Of a stretch of DNA of 64,000 nucleotides, positions 56,435 to 64,000 are shown piece after piece. Each line of letters starts with the position of its first letter. Within the stretch, counting starts at the first letter, position 1. A program made the translations under genes and the position numbers. Below the pieces are notes generated by a model. That model searched no databases. It was not told the origin of the DNA and saw only the letters and a list, made by a program, of their open reading frames with translations. The DNA lies in the NCBI GenBank assembly GCA_964016885.1, contig OZ024756.1:19220001-19284000 (forward strand), given 5' to 3'. This stretch comes from Eledone cirrhosa. Its lineage: Eukaryota.

Positions 56435-56559
56435 CTTTCCTGATAATGTAGAAGCCCTTTGTATATTAAATCTTCATTGTTCTCATTCTACTTATGTATT
56501 GAGTACTTTTTTTGCTGTGGTAACCCCCAATTCTATTTGGAGGTAGGTAGGCGTAAAAG

Positions 56560-56852
56560 CCAAACTCGCTAACTTCAATTCGGTTTTCGTGCCAACCCTT
56601 CCCTATGGCCATGAATCTTGGGTAACGACCAAAAGAATACAAGCGGCTGAAATGGGATTCCTCTGAAGGGACTTCGGAGTAACGTTACTCAATAAAGTGC
56701 GTACCTCAGAGATCAGAGAATCAATCAAGGTAAAGCCACTACTTCTCCTAATTGAGAGATCACAGCTCCGATACTATGGACATGTGGTTAAAATGTCTCA
56801 GGGGAGGATTGCTGGACAGATTTTAGAGGTAAAGCCAGCCAGCAAGAGACCC
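56560..56852 (+). mobile_element. Decayed RTE LINE fragment
   Basis: ..PTLPYGHESW..RIQAAEMGFL*..SEIRESIKVKPLLLLIERSQLRYYGHVVKM.. Confidence 0.8.
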
Positions 56853-56853
56853 A

Positions 56854-57205
56854 ATCCCCACAGATGACAATATACCTTCCAAGGAAATAGAGAAAATCTC
56901 CAAATATAAAGATCTAGAGATAGAAATAACTCGAATGTGGAAAATGAAAACAGAAACAATACCTATAATAATAGGTGCTCTAGGAATGATTAAAAAAAAA
57001 CACAAAAACAAATACATAGCCAAACCCCCAGGACTTGCAAATATTTACAGCATACAAAAGATAGCACTACTAGGTACTGCACACATGTTACAAAAAGTAC
57101 TATCAATACAATAGAAACAACATCAGTAAAAACTACAAAGCACATACCCAAGGTGTACAGAGCTGCGCTCGGTAAAGCAGTTATGATACACAATAAAATA
57201 ATAAT
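56854..57205 (+). mobile_element. R4/Dong-like (RLE) non-LTR retrotransposon 3' fragment
   Basis: IPTDDNIPSKEIEKISKYKDLEIEITRMWKMKTETIPIIIGALGMIKK...QKIALLGTAHMLQKVLSIQ*, typical of restriction-like endonuclease C-termini; TAA-rich tail. Confidence 0.8.
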
Positions 57206-57219
57206 GAAAATGGTAATAA

Positions 57220-57980
57220 TAATTGTTTCTACTTTAGGCAAAAGGCCAGCAATTACTTACCCCAGTGTATTACTGGTGCTTTATTTTATTGACCCCGTAA
57301 GGATGAAAGGTAAAGTTAACCTCAGCAGGAAATAGTAATAATTGTTTCTACTTAAGGCACAAGGCCAGCAATTACCCAGTGTATTACTGGTACTTTATTT
57401 TATTGACCCCGTAAGGATGAAAGGCAAAGTCAACCTCGGCGGGATTTGAACTCAGATCGTAAAGGGACGTAACTATGCTGCAAAGCATGGCGTCCAACCC
57501 TCTACCGATACTGCCAATCCAAACAATAATTGTTTCTACTTTTGGCACAAGGCCAGCAATTACCCAGTGCATTACTGGTACATTATTTTATCCCCCCCCC
57601 CCCCGTAAGGATGAATGGCAAAGTTAACATCGGTGGGATTTGAACTGAGAACGTAAAGGGCCATAACACTATGCTGCAAATCATGGCGTCTGAAGCTCTA
57701 CCGATACTGCCATCCACCGCCATAATGATAATAATTGTTTATACTTTTGGCACAAGGCCAGCAATTACCCAGTACATTACTGGTACTTTATTTTATCGAC
57801 CCCGTAAGGATGAAAGGCAAAGTTAACCTCGCGTAATAATAACAATAATAATTGTTTCTACTTTTGGCACAAGGCCAGCAATAACCTAGTGTATTACTGG
57901 TACTTTATTTTATCGACCCCCCCCCTCCCCGTAAGGATGAATGGTAAAGTTAACCTCGGTGGGATTTGAACTCAGAATAA
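57220..57980 (-). mobile_element. Cluster of ~5 Meta-domain-like SINE copies and fragments
   Basis: Repeated aattgtttctac..ggcacaaggccagcaattacccag..ggtactttattttat..aaggatgaaaggcaaag. Confidence 0.85.
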
Positions 57981-58210
57981 TAATATAGTTATGTTTCATT
58001 AGCACCAAAATAAAACTACATGAAACTAATTAACTCTTGAAAGTCATCTTTTTTTCTTTTTTTGTTTTGCTTTTTTTTACTAACGTCTGTTCCTTTGTTG
58101 CTGCTCTTTTATTTTGTTTTTAGTTTGTTCGTTTTTTATCAATAATAGCCAGAAAGTCTATTATTGATGAAACAAAACAACAACAACAGTAAAGGAAGAC
58201 CAAGGAAGAC

Positions 58211-61200
58211 CTGGATGGAAGTGGTCAGAGTTGACCTCCTGGATGGAAGTGGTGAGAGCTGACCTCCTGGATGGAAGCGGTGAAAGTTGACCTCCTGGAT
58301 GGAAGTGGTCAGAGCTGACCTCCTGGATGGAAGTAGTGAGAGATGACCTTCTGGATGGAAGTGGTGATGGTTGATCTCCTGGATGGAAGTGGTGAGAGCT
58401 GACCTCCTGGATGGAAGTGGTGAGAGGTGACCTCCTGGATGGAAGTAGTCAGAGTTGACCTCCTGGATGGAAGTGGTGAGAGCTGACCTGGATGGAAGCG
58501 GTGAGAGCTGACCTCCTGGATGGAAGTGGTGAGAGCTGACCTCCTGGATGGAAGCGGTGAAAGTTGACCTCCTGGATGGAAGTGGTGATGGTTGATCTCC
58601 TGGATGGAAGTGGTGAGAGCTGACCTCCTGGATGGAAGTGGTGAGAGCTGACCTCCTGGATGGAAGTGGTCAGAGTTGACCTCCTGGATGGAAGTGGTGA
58701 GAGCTGACCTCCTGGATGGAAGTGGTCAGAGTTGACCTCCTGGATGGAAGTGGTGAGAGCTGACCTGGATGGAAGTGGTGATGGTTGATCTCCTGGCTGG
58801 AAGTGGTGAGAGCTGACCTCCTGGATGGAAGTGGTGAGAGCTGACCTGGATGGAAGCGGTGAGAGCTGACCTCCTGGATGGAAGTGGTGAGAGGTGACCT
58901 CCTGGATGGAAGTAGTCAGAGTTGACCTCCTGGATGGAAGTGGTGAGAGCTGACCTGGATGGAAGCGGTGAGAGCTGACCTCCTGGATGGAAGTGGTGAG
59001 AGCTGACCTTCTGGATGGAAGTGGTCAGAGTTGACCTCCTGGATGGAAGTGGTGAGAGCTGACCTCCTGGATGGAAGTGGTGAGAGCTGACCTCCTGGAT
59101 GGAAGTGGTGAGAGATGACCTCCTGGATGGAAGTGGTCAGAGTTGACCTCCTGGATGGAAGTGGTGAGAGCTGACCTCCTGGATGGAAGTGGTGAGAGAT
59201 GACCTCCTGGATGGAAGTGGTGAGAGATGACCTCCTGGATGGAAGTGGTGAGAGGTGACCTCCTGGATGGAAGTGGTGAGAGCTGATCTCCTGGATGGAA
59301 GTGGTGAGAGATGACCTCCTGGATAGAAGTGGTGAGAGCTGACCTCCTGGATGGAAGTGGTGAGAGATGACCTCCTGGATGGAAGTAGTGAGAGATGACC
59401 TCCTGGATAGAAGTGGTGAGAGCTGACCTCCTGGATGGAAGTGGTGAGAGATGACCTCCTGGATGGAAGTAGTGAGAGATGACCTCCTGGATGGAAGTGG
59501 TGAGAGTTGACCTCCTGGATTGAAGTGGTGAGAGCTGACCTCCTGGATGGAAGTGGTGAGAGCTGATCTCCTGGATGGAAGTGGTGAGAGCTGATCTCCT
59601 GGATGGAAGTGGTGAGAGTCGATCTCCTGGATGGAAGTGGTGATGGTTGATCTCCTGGATGGAAGTGGTGAGAGTTGACCTCCTGGATGGAAGTGGTGAG
59701 AGCTGATCTCCTGGATGGAAGTGGTGAGAGCTGATCTCCTGGATGGAAGTGGTGAGAGTCGATCTCCTGGATGGAAGTGGTGATGGTTGATCTCCTGGAT
59801 GGAAGTGGTGAGAGATGACCTCCTGGATGGAAGCGGTGAGAGCTGATCTCCTGGATGGAAGTGGTGAGAGATGACCTCCTGGATGGAAGTGGTGAGAGAT
59901 GACCTCCTGGATGGAAGTGGTGAGAGATGACCTCCTGGATGGAAGCGGTGAGAGATGACCTCCTGGATGGAAGCGGTGAGAGATGACCTCCTGGATGGAA
60001 GTGGTGAGAGATAACCTCCTGGATGGAAGCGGTGAGAGATGACCTCCTGGATGGAAGTGATGAGAGATGACCTCCTGGATGGAAGTGGTGAGAGATGACC
60101 TCCTGGATGGAAGCGGTGAGAGCTGATCTCCTGGATGGAAGTGGTGAGAGATGACCTCCTGGATGGAAGTGGTGAGAGATGACCTCCTGGATGGAAGTGG
60201 TGAGAGATGACCTCCTGGATGGAAGTGGTGAGAGATAACCTCCTGGATGGAAGCGGTGAGAGATGACCTCCTGGATGGAAGCGGTGAGAGATGATCTCCT
60301 GGATGGAAGTGGTGAGAGATAACCTCCTGGATGGAAGCGGTGAGAGATGACCTCCTGGATGGAAGCGGTGAGAGATGATCTCCTGGATGGAAGTGGTGAG
60401 AGATGACCTCCTGGATGGAAGTGGTGAGAGATGACCTCCTGGATGGAAGTGGTGAGAGATGACCTCCTGGATGGAAGCGGTGAGAGATGACCTCCTGGAT
60501 GGAAGTGGTGAGAGATAACCTCCTGGATGGAAGCGGTGAGAGCTGATCTCCTGGATGGAAGTGGTGAGAGATGACCTCCTGGATGGAAGTGGTGAGAGAT
60601 GACCTCCTGGATGGAAGTGGTGAGAGATGACCTCCTGGATGGAAGCGGTGAGAGATGACCTCCTGGATGGAAGTGGTGAGAGATAACCTCCTGGATGGAA
60701 GCGGTGAGAGATGACCTCCTGGATGGAAGCGGTGAGAGATGATCTCCTGGATGGAAGTGGTGAGAGATGACCTCCTGGATGGAAGTGGTGAGAGATAACC
60801 TCCTGGATGGAAGCGGTGAGAGATGACCTCCTGGATGGAAGTGATGAGAGATGACCTCCTGGATGGAAGTGGTGAGAGATGACCTCCTGGATGGAAGTGG
60901 TGAGAGATGACCTCCTGGATGGAAGCGGTGAGAGATGACCTCCTGGATGGAAGTGGTGAGAGATGACCTCCTGGATGGAAGTGATGAGAGATGACCTCCT
61001 GGATGGAAGTGGTGAGAGATGACCTCCTGGATGGAAGTGGTGAGAGCTGATCTCCTGGATGGAAGTGGTGAGAGATGACCTCCTGGATGGAAGTGGTGAG
61101 AGATGACCTCCTGGATGGAAGCGGTGAGAGATGACCTCCTGGATGGAAGCGGTGAGAGCTGATCTCCTGGATGGAAGTGGTGAGAGATGACCTCCTGGAT

Positions 61201-62588
61201 GGAAGTGGTGAGAGATGACCTCCTGGATGGAAGCGGTGAGAGATGACCTCCTGGATGGAAGCGGTGAGAGCTGATCTCCTGGATGGAAGTGATGAGAGAT
61301 GACCTCCTGGATGGAAGTGGTGAGAGATGACCTCCTGGATGGAAGTGATGAGAGATGACCTCCTGGATGGAAGTGGTGAGAGATGACCTCCTGGATGGAA
61401 GCGGTGAGAGCTGATCTCCTGGATGGAAGTGATGAGAGATGACCTCCTGGATCGAAGTGGTGAGAGATGACCTCCTGGATGGAAGTGGTGAGAGATGACC
61501 TCCTGGATGGAAGCGGTGAGAGCTGATCTCCTGGATCGAAGTGGTGAGAGATGACCTCCTGGATGGAAGTGGTGAGAGATGACCTCCTGGATGGAAGTGG
61601 TGAGAGATGACCTCCTGGATGGAAGTGGTGAGAGATGACCTCCTGGATGGAAGTGGTGAGAGATGACCTCCTGGATGGAAGTGGTGAGAGATGACCTCCT
61701 GGATGGAAGTGGTGAGAGATGACCTCCTGGATGGAAGTGATGAGAGATGACCTCCTGGATGGAAGTGGTGAGAGATGACCTCCTGGATGGAAGCAGTGAG
61801 AGCTGATCTCCTGGATGGAAGTGGTGAGAGATGACCTCCTGGATGGAAGTGGTGAGAGATGACCTCCTGGATGGAAGTGGTGAGAGATAACCTCCTGGAT
61901 GGAAGTGGTGAGAGATGACCTCCTGGATGGAAGTGGTGAGAGATGACCTCCTGGATGGAAGTGGTGAGAGATGACCTCCTGGATGGAAGTGGTGAGAGAT
62001 GACCTCCTGGATGGAAGTGATGAGAGATGACCTCCTGGATGGAAGTGGTGAGAGATGACCTCCTGGATGGAAGCAGTGAGAGCTGATCTCCTGGATGGAA
62101 GTGGTGAGAGATGACCTCCTGGATGGAAGTGGTGAGAGATGACCTCCTGGATGGAAGCGGTGAGAGATGACCTCCTGGATGGAAGTGGTGAGAGATGACC
62201 TCCTGGATGGAAGTGGTGAGAGATGACCTCCTGGATGGAAGCGGTGAGAGATGACCTCCTGGATGGAAGTGGTGAGAGATGACCTCCTGGATGGAAGTGG
62301 TGAAAGTTGACCTCCTGGATGGAAGCGGTGAGAGCCGACCTCCTGGATTGAAGTGGTGAGAGATGACCTCCTGGATGGAAGTGGTCAGAGCTGATCTCCT
62401 GGATGGAAGTGGTGAGAGATGACCTCCTGGATTGAAGTGGTGAGAGATGACCTCCTGGATGGAAGCGGTGAGAGATGACCTCCTGGATGGAAGTGGTGAG
62501 AGCTGACCTCCTGGATGGAAGTGGTGAGAGTTTACTTCCTGAATTGAAGTGGTGAGAGATGACCTCCTGGATGGATATGGTGAGAGAC
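58211..62588 (+). repeat. 28-bp satellite, ~4.4 kb, about 155 copies, derived from an RTE ORF
   Basis: Unit ggatggaagtggtgagagatgacctcct; preceded by ggaagaccaaggaagacc (GRPRKT). Confidence 0.97.
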
Positions 62589-62594
62589 TAGAAG

Positions 62595-63130
62595 ATAATT
62601 GTTTCTACAAGGCCAGCAATTTGAAGGGGCGAGGAAAGTCGATTAAAACGACCCAAGTGTATTACTGGTACTTTATTTTATCATCCCCGTAAGGATGAAA
62701 GGCAAAGTTAACCTCAGCGAGATTTGAACTCAGATCATAAAGGCCCATAACTCTATGCTGCAACGCATTGGTGTTAGACGCTCAACCAATACTTGTTTCT
62801 ACTTTAGGCACAAGGCCAGCAATTACCCAGTGCATTACTGGTACTTTATTTTTTCGACCCCCGTAAGGATGAAAGGCAAAGTCAACCTCGGCGGGATTTG
62901 AACTCAGATCGTAAAGGGACGTAACTATGCTGGAAAGCATGGCGTCCGACCCTCTACCGATACTGCCAATCCACCGCCCTGAGTTCAGATCCCGCCAAGG
63001 TTAGCTTAGCCTTTCATCCTTACGGGGTCGATAAAATTAACCACCAGTAATGCGCTGGAGTGGATTTAATCAATTTTCCCCTCCCACAAAATTGCTCAAC
63101 CAAGACGCTCAACCAATACTGCCAATCCAA
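62595..63130. mobile_element. Meta-domain-like SINE cluster (two on minus, one inverted on plus)
   Basis: Consensus matches; orientation switch near 62980. Confidence 0.8.
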
Positions 63131-63493
63131 AGATAATGATTAAGAGAATGCCCAGTCCACCAGCAGAAACATTTCAGCCAGCAACCACTGACCATTGACC
63201 TAAACAAATGATAACAACCTCAATTCTGGATTTATTGATATTTATATATAACAGAATATATAGATTTTTCGTTTCTGAATTTGTTTAGCAAGATTCTTTA
63301 TCTGAAATCGTGTGTTGAAACTGATATTGTTATACTTTGGGAGGGTCATGTTGCCAATAAGAAACACACGCACCAGTTGCTTTCACTTCAATTTATTATA
63401 TATTTATAAATTTATAAATTTACAAATCTACAAATTTATAAATTTCTGGTTGGTTGGTTGGTTGGTTCCACAACCAGATAGTTGTTTATATAT

Positions 63494-63538
63494 AGTCATA
63501 GTCCTTTCGTCACACACTCTGTGACCTCTTCAGTGACT
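63494..63538 (-). ncRNA. Minimal type I hammerhead ribozyme, mirror copy
   Basis: Reverse complement of 63814-63858. Confidence 0.7.
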
Positions 63539-63813
63539 GGGGATTCCTTTCTTTGTTTCTGTGCCTTTCCTTTCTTCTGTCCTACGCCATTTTGTTTCTG
63601 TGTGTGTGTTGTGTGCTCAGTTTGCGCATGCGCCACATCCGGGTGTCTGTGTGTGTTTGTGTTCATTTATCTATTTGTTTATTTATTTATTTACATGTTG
63701 TTGTAAATAAAGGATGTGGCGCATGCGCAAACTGAGCACACAACACACACACAGAAACAAAATGGCGTAGGACAGAAGAAATGAAAGGCACAGAAACAAA
63801 GAAAGGAATCCCC

Positions 63814-63858
63814 AGTCACTGAAGAGGTCACAGAGTGTGTGACGAAAGGACTATGACT
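63814..63858 (+). ncRNA. Minimal type I hammerhead ribozyme
   Basis: agtca, CTGAAGA, g-gtcac-agagtgt-gtgac, GAAA, ggac, TA, tgact (one unpaired G at the base of stem II; very short stem III). Confidence 0.7.
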
Positions 63859-64000
63859 ATATATAAACAACTATCTGGTTGTGGAACCAACCAACCAACC
63901 AGAAATTTATAAATTTGTAGATTTGTAAATTTATAAATTTATAAATATATAATAAATTGAAGTGAAAGCAACTGGTGCGTGTGTTTCTTATTGGCAACAT

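Larger units (their letters stand above)
63348..64000. mobile_element. Long inverted repeat of a Penelope-like pseudo-LTR, open at window end
   Basis: Arms 63348-63640 and 63712-64000 are near-identical, with a 71-bp spacer; each arm has a hammerhead fold. Confidence 0.8.

Overview
Eukaryotic, extremely repeat-rich window with no confidently identifiable host gene and a 200-N gap at 53422-53621. The SINE families, RTE elements with (GAT)n tails and dense AT/AC microsatellites suggest an octopod cephalopod (inference). Almost all long ORFs in the track are artefacts of mini- and microsatellites. The window holds more than ten tandem arrays (28-72 bp units, up to ~8.8 kb), decayed RTE, CR1-group and R4/Dong-like LINE fragments, several tRNA-derived SINE families, and TTAA-flanked piggyBac-type MITEs. 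The most striking signal is a set of short ORF-less elements, mostly in or beside (TA)n tracts, carrying type I hammerhead ribozyme (HHR) folds. Five sequence-unrelated loci have complete or near-complete folds (11.3, 49.3, 49.5, 56.4 and 63.5/63.8 kb), and a sixth family retains only the 3' half. Most copies are fold-back palindromes that turn at or near the ribozyme, and three families share a downstream ACTCTAC..TATTGAGTAC motif. These look like Penelope-like pseudo-LTR or retrozyme derivatives. Several satellites can be traced in situ to the retroelement segment from which they arose.
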